This document shows, one piece after another, positions 40,552 through 54,739 of a stretch of DNA of 64,000 nt. How positions within the stretch are numbered: the stretch's first letter is position 1; every line of letters begins with the position of its first letter. Made by a program: the position numbers and the translations under genes. Origin of the DNA: Octopus sinensis (Eukaryota); the NCBI RefSeq assembly GCF_006345805.1, contig NC_043005.1:85684001-85748000 (forward strand), given 5' to 3'. The notes below the pieces were generated by a model. It did not search any database. It was not told where the DNA came from and worked only from the letters and a program-made list of their open reading frames with translations.

Positions 40552-41728
40552 AATATGAATATGTTGTCTATTGACTATATATACATGCTAGGCCACTGGT
40601 GTTGATATTTATAACGAATATTCGCTACCCTATAGATGTATCTTATGAATATGTTCGCAGCATTGTCCTTATACTGGTGGTGCCCCAGCATGGCCGCGGC
40701 CTCAAGACTAAAACATGTAAAAGAATAGAAGAATACGTTTGGTTATATTTTCAGTTCAGTTGCAGTTGTGTCGCCGAAAAGAATATAAGTGTGCCGCAAG
40801 TGAAAAAAGTTTGCGGTGTACTGATCTATCGATCTCTATACTTACACACCCACACACACACACACACACACACACGAACCGACGTATCTTATACGTGTAT
40901 ACCTTGTCAAACATATAAACACAGCCATGTATCTTAAATGATTGTCCCTCTCAGAGGAAAATTTTCCTCCTATATTTACAAATTGTGCCAATATACGCTG
41001 ACTAACGGAACGCTTTACTTTTCTATGCACAGTTCCATGTTTGTCTTTGAGGAGATTGGATTTGGTGCTGACGCCAGCACTGCTGCTACTGCTGCTGCTG
41101 CTGTTGATCTTGCAGTTTCTGGTGCCAACATTTTTTTGTGTTTCAATCATTATTTGGTTTATACTTTGTGATGTTTGTTGTTGTTTTTCTTTCGTATTTT
41201 TATTTATATAATTTTCATTTTTGAATTGGTTTAAGACTTGTTTTTTCGATTTTTTCCCCCTGTTTTTCGCAAGTAAATAAAAGAAATATGTCTGTGACGT
41301 GGGTGTATACATACATACGATGTAGTTATAAGTACATGCGTATGGTGTGTGTGTATGTGGGAGTATATGTGTGCGTGTTTATGTGCGTATGTCTATGGGT
41401 GTATGTATGTGTGTCTATATGTGTGTGTTTACTTAGGTATGCATACATACATGCATTCACACACACATGCACATGTGTATATGTATATACATATATTTCT
41501 GTGTTTGCGTGTGTGCGTATATATATGTGTATGTAAACATATATACACTACAGGTATATATGTGTGTAGACATATATGTTTATATATATACATGCATATG
41601 CATTTATAAATTTATACATACACACACACATATGTATATATATTATATATATATATATATACATACATACATATATGTATATATATATATATATAATATG
41701 TATATATATATATATATATATATATGTA

Positions 41729-41762
<34 letters not shown>

Positions 41763-42366
41763 ATGTTAGAATATGTATGTGTACACGCCGCTGTTTAAGC
41801 ATTTATACTGCTGTAATATTAAAGTGCAGTCACACACACGTGCACACACTTATATACATACATACATACATACATACATACACACTCATCCATACATAAC
41901 TACATGCATGAACACACCTCTATATAAAGTCCATTTTAGTTTGCGCACGTAGCAATCTAAGCGGCCATGTCATTTTAGATGTACATTTAAACACGATGCA
42001 ATGTCGACAGAGCCCGACGTCGGTTTACCTCTAACATTACCAGTAAATTACCACATTAAAACACACTGCATAGTCCTATACTCCCCCCACCCACCCGTAG
42101 ATTTGTATCCGATTTGCTCCCACCCAACTTCTCGCTGCCAAACTTACCCCACCGACCTCCACCGTGCCCTCGGCCGTCGGTACAATCCAATCGATGAATG
42201 GTCCTCTTTAGCTGCGAGTCACGGATTGAAGTCAAGTGTTCTGACGTGACTCTGCTACAGGGATAGTCCATTAACAGGTGGCGTAAAATCCACCACCACC
42301 ACAAACACCAGCAGCAGCAGCACCACCACCACCTCCACCTCTTTTATTTTTACCATCAGTTATTCT

Positions 42367-42401
<35 letters not shown>

Positions 42402-42483
42402 CTATCTCTCTTCGATGCGTGACCATTCAACTAACATCATAAGTGTTGATTGTGTTGATTGTTGTGGTCGAAGTCGTCATCAT

Positions 42484-42531
<48 letters not shown>

Positions 42532-42871
42532 TCTACCATCCTCCCCCCACCATCATCGCCTTCAACGTAATCATCAGCTTCATCATCAGCGTCCTCGCTC
42601 CCCACCGCCACCAGGAGCAGTAACGCCAGCTGCAATACCAGCCGTACATGTCACTGAGAAAACCCGCCAACAGGAATCCTCAAGAGCAACCACATCACTC
42701 ATATCTTACCAGAATACCTTGAAAAAGAAACAATGCATTCGCTAATATCCAGATGTAGAATGTTTGGCAAAATGAAAAGGAGGGAATGATCACGGCTGGA
42801 ACCCCTTGCACCATTATTTAAAGCTATTGACAAAACAACCAGCATAACCTCATTCTGTATATATATATATG

Positions 42872-43081
42872 TTTTTACTACCCACAAGGGGCTAAACACA
42901 GAGGGGACAAACGGATTAAGTCGATTACATCGACCCCAGTGAACTGGTACTTAATTTATCGACCCCGAAAGGATTACAGGCAAAGTCGACCTTGGTGGAA
43001 TTTGAACTCAGAACGCAACGGCGGACGAAATACCACAAAGCATTTCGCCCGGCGTGCTAACGTTTCTGCCAGCTCGCCGCC
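42872..43081 (-). mobile_element. SINE family A copy
   Basis: Reverse complement of 34059-34287 with small deletions. Confidence 0.9.
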
Positions 43082-43981
43082 TACTTATTCTGTATATATG
43101 AGTCATCGCTTACTTAATAAAAGCCTGATAATGAAGCTTTTGATTTATTCATTTAGCTTTTTTTCTGTTTCTTTTTGGTATCTCGGGAGGGGGCACTATG
43201 CCAAAAGATAAACACACGCACTGGTTATGTTTCACTCTTTTATTGTTCATTTGTAAATTGCTTAATCATTGTTTCATTAATCCTTCGGTCAATCTATCAC
43301 AGTTGTCGACGTCCTTTCGTCTATTTTAAATGACATACTCTCTGTATTCCACATCTGCAGCTAATTAAGTGATTGACCGACGATTAACCAAACAATTTAA
43401 CCAAGTGACAAAAACAAGTGAAGTTAAATAGAACCAATGTGCGTGTTGTTATTGGCACGATGACCCTACCGAGATTCATCAAAATCTGAAAGCCGATTAC
43501 AAAAATAAGAATATTTTAAATATATGCAAAGCAACGTGTGGTAGAACAGTCTAGGAGGATATGGATTCACACATCATTGCGAGAAAAACCAATGCCAAAC
43601 CAATTCTTTGTCACAGCTATGTGTAGAAAGTGTTGCATTGTTCGTGTCAACTATCTGGTCTTCGCTACAAATGGCGCCCAACTCAGAGTTAAAGCAAACA
43701 CTATCGTCTTTAAAATGCAGCGAATATTATGTGCAGTGATCTATGATACGACTTACATATAAAATAATATAAAATGCTACACACACAGTGAATCCAAACA
43801 AAGAAGAACAAACAAGAAAAGCAACAACGCGAGGACGAGGAAGAAAGAGAGGATTTTACGTTTCGAGCAAAGATCTTCAAAAGTAGAGGAAAGTTCAAAT
43901 GAAGGGAAGACGGAGGAAGAAAATCGCCAACGATACATAGGTGGTTACATTTTGAAATGACCGGAAGGGAAAGGGGGAAGA

Positions 43982-44031
<50 letters not shown>

Positions 44032-44620
44032 ACACACATACATACATACTGAAAATTTACAAAAATTGAAAGACGAAGACGTGTGTGTAAACAACAAACA
44101 AATGTATCAATCTAACGTTCGGGAAGTGAGAAAGTCTTTTACATTTTGAGTCTGAGCTCCTCAACAGAAAGGATCACAGAAATAAACAGAGAAAATAGAA
44201 AATGGTTTACTGGCTAGCGATCTATCATGGCGAATGACGGACAGAGGTGGCAGAAGAGCTAGGAAGAAGGGGAGGTAATAAAGTTGTGGTGAACCGATAT
44301 GAATATATGTATGTGTGTGTCTGTGTTTGTCTTCCTCACCAATCTACAATCGGTGTTGGCTTGTTTCATGCCTGTAACTTAGCCGTTCAATAAAAGTGAT
44401 GGATAGAATAATTATTAGGCTTAAAAATATAAGTACGGTGTTTTAGTTTTATTAACTGAAACCCTTAAGCCAGTGATACATCATGGATGTGTCCAATGAC
44501 TGAAACAGATAAAAATAGTATACGTATACGTATTATATATATATATATATATATCTATATATATATATATATAGATATATATAATATGAAATCCGAAAAA
44601 TAAAGTATTATATCCATTAC

Positions 44621-44715
44621 GGCTGCTCCTCCTACCTATCAGTTTCGCGCAAGGAATACAATGGAGTGTTAGGTAAAAATCCGATTATATAACCTTACGC
44701 TCATCAGAGTTAGCC
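44621..44715 (-). ncRNA. Type I hammerhead ribozyme, canonical core
   Basis: CUGAUGA - stem II GCGUAAGG/CCUUGCGC (8 bp) - GAAA - stem III AC(U)/(G)GU - GUA cleavage triplet. Stem I is 2 bp + internal loop + GGCU/AGCC. Confidence 0.7.
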
Positions 44716-44751
44716 GATATTGAAAGGAATATGGCGACTGTTCTATATATA

Positions 44752-44796
<45 letters not shown>

Positions 44797-45823
44797 GCGT
44801 GTGTGTCTGTGTGTGTGTAGTAATTGAATAAGAAGACAGAAGGGGAATTTGGTATTAGTTTTTAATACGTACGACGATCGTTCGACCTATTCTACGACTG
44901 TCCTTTATAGATGAGATTTTGTGCATCAGTTTTTGCAGTGTGAGTCACGTCAGGTACATGCATACATCAAGTGGAGTCCCAGTAAGAATATTGATGTCAT
45001 GTCAGGATGTCAGGTAGTCAATCCATAATAAAGCGGGCAGATACCAACAAGACTGCCTGAACTCAATATTTTTAGTGGGACACCACTTGATGTATTCCTG
45101 TACCTGACCTGACCCATACCGCAAAATCGATTCGACACATGATGCATAACATCTCACCCACACAAGACATTCGCAGGATGGGTTGGACTATCGTTGTACG
45201 AAATAAAAATAATACGATATCCGTCTTCCGTTTCCTAAATAAATTATCTCATCTAACACTGTGGAATTCATGAATCAGATTCAACTGAAATATACCCCAA
45301 CTTCAAATGATACCAGGTAACCCAAACCATGCTAGTGCTTTACTCAACACTATTTGACATACATTCATTAACCCAAAAATTACACACACACACACATACG
45401 TACACGCACACGCACAAACACATGTATATATGCATGTTTATAGCTTTATCTCTCTATATTACATTTTATGACGAAAAGGTTGATAGCGACTTCGAAGTCA
45501 TTGTCAGTCTGCTTCTTTTAAATGTTAATAAATATTTTACTAAAATGTATTCAGTAATCCTTCAGTTTAATATTAAATTCTTTATGAGACAAAGAAAAAA
45601 CCCATTAGCATACATACATTAACACACACGGACACACACATACACACACACGCATAACGAGTTATATCCATTAATCATCCGGATAGTCACATCTACACCA
45701 TCGGATACTCCTAAATCTGTTGTTAAGTATCCCACCCGTGAGAGATCGATGCTAGATGGGTCGAAACAATTGTAGTGATTAATAAAAATTCTCGCATCTT
45801 CCATTTCTCTGTCTCTCATTAAC

Positions 45824-45859
<36 letters not shown>

Positions 45860-45869
45860 CCTATGTATG

Positions 45870-45926
<57 letters not shown>

Positions 45927-46213
45927 CCTCTATGTATGTAAATATATTATATTATATATATAACATACATGGGCGTTAGCAAGTTCAAATCTTCGATAGG
46001 GCGTGAAATGATTCGTTTTTTACGTTTGAACTCCAAGGAGAAAAGCTGTTTATAATAGCGTGCAAATATTGGATCAAAGGATAAATCGTTTGGGAAGAAA
46101 TATCTGAAGACTGCACGCAATCACAATTATATGTGAGTGCACACATACATACATACATATATATATATATATTATATATATATATTTATACATACAAATA
46201 TTATATTTATATA

Positions 46214-46246
<33 letters not shown>

Positions 46247-48563
46247 AATATATATATATAATATATATATATATAGTATATATATATATATTATATATAT
46301 ATGTAGATATGAGCGTATATAATGTTATGCCTTCTTATGTACTCGATTAAAGTATTTTCTCCTTTTTAGTAACTTAGGTGTTCAATTGCTCAGAATGAAT
46401 GAAATAAAAAATTTAATCCGTTTTCTATTATTTTAAAGCATATTTTTTTTGTTCATCCTTCATATATAAATTTTATCTATTGATGCCCCCACACACCCTT
46501 CAAAAAACATAACTCATAAATAATTGAACAGTACAGCAGCAAATATGGAATTTCAAAATTATATGGTATGCATCGCCCACCCACCAAAAAGGAAAAGCAA
46601 TAACGTAATACTACTACTAATAATTTTAACTCTAACAATATCATGTAAAACTATATAAATATCTCATTAGAGTTAATCCCTTCAAGAATCAGTTAGCTTA
46701 TTCCCTTGTCGATCATTTTACGATTTACATTAGTTCATTCAGCTGTTATTTAATGAGCTGATATTGGCGCTATTCTCTTTTATCTTTCACATAGTGTTGC
46801 TAAGACGAGATATTATTTGAATGCATTTAGGTTATGGATACTTTCTTTAAGAGGTATTTAACTGGTTCTGGTTTGGGATGCGTTTAATGTCAGTCCTTAC
46901 AACTGTTTTCGTCTTTAAGAAAACGTCTTCTATTTAGGGCGCATGAGCGGATAAATATTACATGTTGATGCCTTTTAAACGATGTAGTTTATTTTTCAAA
47001 TAATCCTGGGAAAATTTAACACATAATTTTAGCCTAGTTTTGTTTATATTGAACAACTAACAGCAAGTTCTTATTTTTAAACAATCGTATATGATATGGG
47101 CTTGTACATTTGTTATATATTTGAGTGAGGAGCTGTGTCGGCTATATCGACCCCAGCGCCTATTTGATACTTATCATATCGACTCCCAAAGTATGAAAGG
47201 CTAAATCAACCTCGGCGGAATTTGAACTCAGAACGTAAAGATAGACGAAACGGCGCTAATCATTCTTGTAGGTGTGCTAACGATACTGCCAGTTCACCAC
47301 ATTATTTTCTATTAATACCCGTATGTATTTTTCCATCCATTTGATTTCGTATAAGGTTTGAGGTGTACGGTGATCACTTGTGTTATTGTTCGTTATAAAG
47401 TAGTTTTACAAACGTCTCTTACAGAATTTTATGACACGATAGAAATTGCAATCATTGAAGACTGTATAACTTCTCTCTCGCTTGCTTGTCCATGAAGTAA
47501 TTGCATTATATTCTCAGGGATGGTTTAGTTTTCAGAAATTTATTGTGTTTAATTTTCGTAGATAATTGAGTGCAGATACTGAGTGCACCACTGAAGAAGT
47601 TCAATGAGATCCGATTTTGCTCGGTCACCATTTTTACGCAATAGTTTATAAGCGGTCACAAAAATATGCAAGTATTCGCTGTATGTCTCTTTGTAACATT
47701 TAAAACTGAATCATTATCCACGTATATCTAGATGTATGTAGATTTGAAGCCTGACTCACCATTTATCGAGGGTCACTTTGGTAATTTTCATTTGTCAGGT
47801 TTCCATAACCAATCCGTTCCTTCTGTTCCATTACAGAAAGTTGGGTGTGACACAAGAGAGGTTTGTCTGTAATTATTTAATTAGACATAACGACTGCTAT
47901 TATCTGCCTCGTTTGGCGTTCACAAACTTACTGAATCAGATATCTTCAACTAGTTTAAACTAACCATTACGATATCAACGTATGCTACAACTTTGTCCTC
48001 CATCAAACATATGTTCTAAAGGGAAACGAAGAGATCTGGCATGCAAGATAATATTTTCATTGTCCGGTGAGATGCAAGCGAATTTTATTGTAAAACGGAG
48101 AGCTTTAAGGTGCAGATCTTTTGATTCAATCGACTATTTGTCTTCCCTACAAACATATGGCTTTCCGCCAACATAAGAAAACCTTATTATTAGTATATTG
48201 TATTTTTCATTTATTTAGTTGTCTTCAATCAGCTTCTCTTGTTCTTTTCTACTTTCATCCCCGTGCTCTCTTTTCTTAAATATCGCATTTTGGCCAGTGC
48301 TTCGTAGAAGTGGCAAGTATGTGTGCATCTCAATATATCTCTGTCTATTTTATTCTGTGTGTAATGTGAAATGATTGTGTATGTGCATAGAATCTTGTCT
48401 TAGCGTTAGTATGTGCATACGCATGTCTATTCATCTCCGAGTGAATCGATTTGGCTGCGTCTTTCTCCATGTAGTTGTCTTTGGTCATTGTGTCTGTATG
48501 TAAGAATTTCTAAATGCGATCGCTCGTATATGTGAATGCGAGCGCTAATGTACAAATGCACGC

Positions 48564-48599
<36 letters not shown>

Positions 48600-48694
48600 G
48601 CGTGCCTGTGAATGAACGCGTACGCTTATGTATGCGCACTTTTGTGTGGATGATTTCTTGGATGTATACCTGTCTGTGTATGATTTATCATTAC

Positions 48695-48770
<76 letters not shown>

Positions 48771-49185
48771 TCTTTTAAGTAAACGTTTTATGAGCATGTG
48801 TGCATGTGTAAATTTATATGTGCCTACGTGTAAATGTGCGTGTATCGCTATGCGCATATATGGATGTTACCTATGGGCGGGTTGGTGGCGGAGAGGGGGG
48901 ATTACAGTTAAACAAAAGTGGTTGGAACAAGAGATTTCATTTAGTCTAATAGCAATCCAATTCGCTCTGTTTCCTTGGCACTATGTTTCTGTGTCTTTGG
49001 AGAAAATTCTTTGAGCGTTCTCCTTTGTCGCTGCCATTTTAGTTAGAAAGTTCTGTCGTCTTTTAAAATTTCTTTCTTCTCTTATTTAAACATTTTACCA
49101 TTTCTTTTGTTCCAATATTTTTCTTTTTTTTATGCGAATTACTTTTATTTTCCCCTCGCTCCATTGTTTATACTGAACCTCATAC

Positions 49186-49227
<42 letters not shown>

Positions 49228-49410
49228 TATTATTATTATTATTGTTCTTCTTCTTCTTATTATTATTATTTCTTTTTCGTTTTTTTCCTTCGATGTTTCT
49301 TTTCGATTGTTGTGAGTTAGCAGAGATACAGAAGCGGTAGCAATAATTCAAGTGAACGCACTGGTGTATTTTATTTCGAGCGGTGTAAGAACGGAAAGGG
49401 CAAAGTACTG

Positions 49411-49457
<47 letters not shown>

Positions 49458-50214
49458 CACACACACATACACACACACAAATACATTCACACAGAGACAC
49501 ATACATACACACAAATATATGTATTTATATGTTTATATATACACAGAGAGAGAGAGAGGTTTACATATCTGTATGTGCGTATCTGTATATATCTATGCAT
49601 ATATATATATATATATGCATATATATAAACATACATATATATATACATATATAAATATATATATATATATATGCATATATATATGTATACATACATACAC
49701 ACATACACACACACACACACACGCACACACACATATATATATATATAATATATATATATACATACGTATATATTCATGTATATAGGTGTGTGTGTGTAAA
49801 AATTATATACAAGTCTCAACATATCTTTTGTCTTTCCTCTTTTATCACTTACTTGTTTCAAGCACTGGACTGCTGCCATGCTGGAGCACTTCCTTGAAAA
49901 ATTTTAGCCACAAAGCTTGACTTCACTATTTGCTTTTTCAAGTCTGGTAATTATTTTATCAGTCTTATTTGCCGAATCGCTAGCTTATGGGGATGAAAAC
50001 ACGCCAACACCGATTGACAAGTCGTGGTGGGGGACAATCGCAAACACCGACACAAACGCACGCACACACATGCACACTAACACGCATGAAAAATACATAG
50101 GTGTATGTCGGGCTTCTTTCAATCTCCGCCTTATAAATTCACTCACAAGACTTCGATCACCCCAAAACTTTAACAGAAGACAAGCTTCTTACCGCACGTT
50201 CAAGCCTTTGCACA

Positions 50215-50257
<43 letters not shown>

Positions 50258-50376
50258 CATATATATGTGGACATGTTTAAAATATGTGTGTATGTATATA
50301 TATATAAACGTATTTATGTATCGGTATATATATACACATATGTATATGTATGTGTGGGGGAATGTGCAGTGTGTGT

Positions 50377-50418
<42 letters not shown>

Positions 50419-50559
50419 ATATTATATATATATATACTTATACACACATATACATATATTAGATAGATGAATAGATCTTTAGACAGGTAGGTAGATAGAA
50501 GTAACAGATACATAGCTAGATATGGATAGATATACAGTTTGATAGATAGATAGATAGAT

Positions 50560-50613
<54 letters not shown>

Positions 50614-52012
50614 TGTCATGTAAACATTTACAGTGTTTATTTACATTCGTTTACACTTAGCTCTAAACCCCAACAGGGCCTAGCGCTTGTTTCTATCTTG
50701 TGTCGTCCTACCATCATCTATCATTGGAATGCGTTCAATATGTAACACCGCGTCCGTGTTTCACGGCAAATATAGATCAATTCTCAGTTGTTTGTGTTTT
50801 ATTTAGTTCCTGTTCCTTTCTTTCATGTTTTTTTTTTTAATTCTGCTAAGAAATCGCTCACCAGCGCACTTACATAATCGGTAGCGCGCCCGGGCGAAAA
50901 TATTTGACACCATTTTGTCCATCTTTACATTCGAATTTCAGATTACGCCGTAGTCAAACTTTGCCCTCCATCATTCCCGGACAAGACCCCTCCCCATAAT
51001 TACAGGCGTTGTGGATAGAATGAATTTATTTCCTGGGGTACGTTAAATTAGAGAGTAACAGTCAAGAGAACGGCGGAATAGGATAACTGAATTCTGGGAA
51101 GTTAGATCTACAACAAAAATATTCGGGGAACAGTTTGCAAGTTCCAAAAGATTGTAAACCAGTGAACAGGTAGCATTTGCAGCCTTTTTAGACGTTTTTT
51201 ACAGTATCTTAGTATTCTCCGCGGTACATAAAGAGCATCTTATATCACCAATTGTTTGATTAACTACTAATATCGTCTCTCAGGTCGAGATTGGAATGGT
51301 AGTAGTTAGGAAAGTGTTTATGAATTCCTAAAAATATTTTGTTCGCGATATTAATTTTTACATCTAAAGACAAAAGTTAAGCAAGACACAAAATTTTGTA
51401 GAGCGATTTTTGTGGAGCCATTTTGAGGGTCAAGCTTTTAGGTCCACTTTGTAGGTCGATTTTACAAGGCCGTTTTAGTAGGGCCATTTTTGTAGTGCTA
51501 TTTTTGAGTCGAGCGATGGGTGAAAAAAATACGAAATAAATTTGAACGATAGGGCTTCTTTTCGTTTAGGTGCTATAATAGTACGGTACAGTAACACGAA
51601 GAACGCTGTAATTGGAGGGGATGGTCGAAATTTTACTCTGATATTATGGATGAAATTTTGAAAACAGCAGTTCCTTCTTCTTCCTCCTCTTCTTCTTTTT
51701 CTTTTTCTTCTTCATCTTCATCTTCTTCTTCTTCTTCTTCTCTTTTTCCTTGGCACCTAATCATGCGATAAACAGACATTTTTTGTTATTGGAAAATCAT
51801 CATTAAATCCCTTCAAATGGCTACTATAAACCCACGCTTGACCGCATCTGGTCACTCGTTATTGTTATTTATGATGTGAAATCCCGAGAAAATGTTTCTA
51901 GCAAATTATACAAATCTTAAATTATCGTATGTTTCTCATGGTTTTTATCTCCGCTACAATTTCAGTGTTCTCCTCACCTCCATCTGCGTTTACTTCGCTC
52001 ATATCTTCACCC

Positions 52013-52053
<41 letters not shown>

Positions 52054-52946
52054 TATTATTATTATTATTATATTATTATTATTTTTATAAACCCTCTATA
52101 TTTTTATACAGCCTTCCTCTTATTTCTATGTTATTTTCTCACTTTGCTCTTCCCACTCGTTAACCAATAATAGAATATAATTCTAAATTAAATACCAAAT
52201 TTTTATTTTGATCACAATTCTTACAGTCTCTACTAGAAGTACTAACGCCTACTGCATTTTAGTTAATACAGCCAACCATAAGAAATATAAACAGTTATAA
52301 ATGTTTCTCTGCCTAGAGACTTCACTGTCTGGTGAGGCTTACGACTGATTAAACTTCGAAATATCATGCGGCTCCCACATGATCATCGGCCATCTTTATT
52401 TCTCTCCGTTGTTGCTGGAACTAGGAAGACGTGTTCTTGATTGTCTCCTGTCCTGTTTGTGATACCTAATTCGACCCTCCGCAAAATCCCAAATTTTCTT
52501 TAATTTGCTTTGCGGGAACAACTGTTTTATCGAAAGCGTATATTGTTGTTAAATACTCGAAGTACGAGACTTGAAAAACAGCCCTCAACTGATGAAAGGT
52601 CGTTCTTTATTTTGTTTGTTTTGTTTTCCATTTGTGTTTTTCGTTGTTTGAAAGAGTAGTTCATGTTCCATGTACTCGTGCTTCGTACTCTTTTGTTGTT
52701 GGGCACAGGGCGTCATGAAACGTGTACGACAAAAGAGTACGAAGAACGAGTACATGGAACATGAACTATTCTTCAAACCACGAATATATATAATATATAT
52801 ATATAAAATATATAGATAGATAGATAGATAGATTGTATATATACGTATAGATGTAAATATGTACATATACGTATGTATATATATGCATATATATATTAAT
52901 ATATTATATATATATCACACACACACTCACACACACATACACATAT

Positions 52947-52990
<44 letters not shown>

Positions 52991-53001
52991 TATATATATA
53001 T

Positions 53002-53790
53002 GCACGGTGTGGTTAATGTATTGTCGGGTGAAATACACAAAAAGGAAAATAAAAATGAAATATCATTTTAACAGATATATTTAGCAAAATTACATGAAAA
53101 TATCTTGAAATACTAAAGAGTAAATTTATTCCATAAAATCGCCATTCGCTTCAACCACAGTTACAAAGAGCTTCGGAATCGCCTGCAGCTCTTCTGAACG
53201 GTCTCTTTGTTTAAGTTGATGAATGCTGCCATAATTCTTGCCTTCAGTTCATCTTTGATGTCATAAGGGGTTTTGTTGGTCTCTTGCTCAACTGCGCCAC
53301 ACACATGATAATGAAGGAGGCTGTAGCCTGGGGAGTTAGGTGACCCGATGCTAAGGATGATGTGTTCGCAGAAACTGTCTGACAGCCATGACTAGGTTCT
53401 CCTGCTTATGTGGCATGATGCTGAGTCCTGTTGTCAGACACGGTCTTCCAGAGGCCACCCTCTTAATCCAGAGCAGCACTACCTCCTCAAGATTCTTGAT
53501 GTAGGCCACCGTGTTGAGTCTGTGGCAGTGGGAGAAGATGGAGGTATAAAATCGCTATCACCCCAGGCACAAATGGTGTTGAATGGATGTTTGATTTTTA
53601 TCCCTCTCGGTACATGCTTTGAGGACGCGAAAAGCCAAGAATTGCTCGGTGTGTTCACGATCTGTTCGAAATGATGTTTCAGGTGCGAATGCCATGTAGT
53701 ATAGCATGTCTTTTCCAAATTTTTGGCAGTGTGCATTCCGTCATGATGCTGTTTTTCTCACAGACGGTCTCCAAATGACCCTGCTATAAT
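53002..53790 (-). mobile_element. Decayed Tc1/mariner-superfamily transposon (DD37D/maT-like)
   Basis: Translation fragments ..IVNTPSNSWL..HRLNTVAYIKNLEEVVL.WIKRVASGRP..SPNSPG..GAVEQETNKTP..KDELKARIMAAFINLNKETVQK.CRRFRS. Confidence 0.8.
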
Positions 53791-53930
53791 GTATAGTCGA
53801 CAAAATCAAAAAGAATGTGCTAGATACAAAACAAAAAGCAATGCGCTAAATAAAAAATATACAATGGCGACAATTTACACATCGCATATGTATATATATA
53901 TACATACATATATACGTACACACACACACT

Positions 53931-53970
<40 letters not shown>

Positions 53971-54639
53971 CATATATATACATACACATATATATATACA
54001 CTTGTGGTTTGCTGAAAACTTCCAGTTTACAGGATGAGCAGCTAATTATAATTTTATTCAACATATTCGCTAAGCAGATACACATATTTATTGCTGCGGT
54101 CCTTTAATTTTTTCAGCACACACCACACACACACACACATGCACGCGCGCAAACACACACACACGTATGTGTGTAAGTATGTATGTGTGTAATATATTAG
54201 TGATATCCAATATGGTCGTGGTACAAACAGTTAGCTAACCTCAGGCATAGACAAAGCTTGTAAAGATAATGCAAAATAAATGATTAGATATAATTTATTC
54301 AACATTGTATTCAATACACTTTGTCTCAAATCGAATTAACAATTCTGATAAGTTGACTACCACCATACAACTCCTGTATATAACAAGAAAAGTTGCTAGT
54401 TATGCGATAATAAATCTATGGGTGAAGGGAATAGAGTAGGTAGTTAGGTATTACATATGTTTCAAAAGATTCCCTCAACGAATATTCTGTAATTTTCTAG
54501 TGCTATATTAACGTTCAGTGATCCTCCACTTTCGATATTTCCCTACTTGTTTCTCACAAAGCTGAGTGTCGTAAAAGTACAGCCAAGTGGCGAGTAGAAA
54601 AGAAACGATGAAAAGGAACGGTGAACATAAGTACATAAG

Positions 54640-54739
54640 NNNNNNNNNNNNNNNNNNNNNNNNNNNNNNNNNNNNNNNNNNNNNNNNNNNNNNNNNNNNN
54701 NNNNNNNNNNNNNNNNNNNNNNNNNNNNNNNNNNNNNNN
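54640..54739. other. Assembly gap (100 N)
   Basis: Run of N. Confidence 1.
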
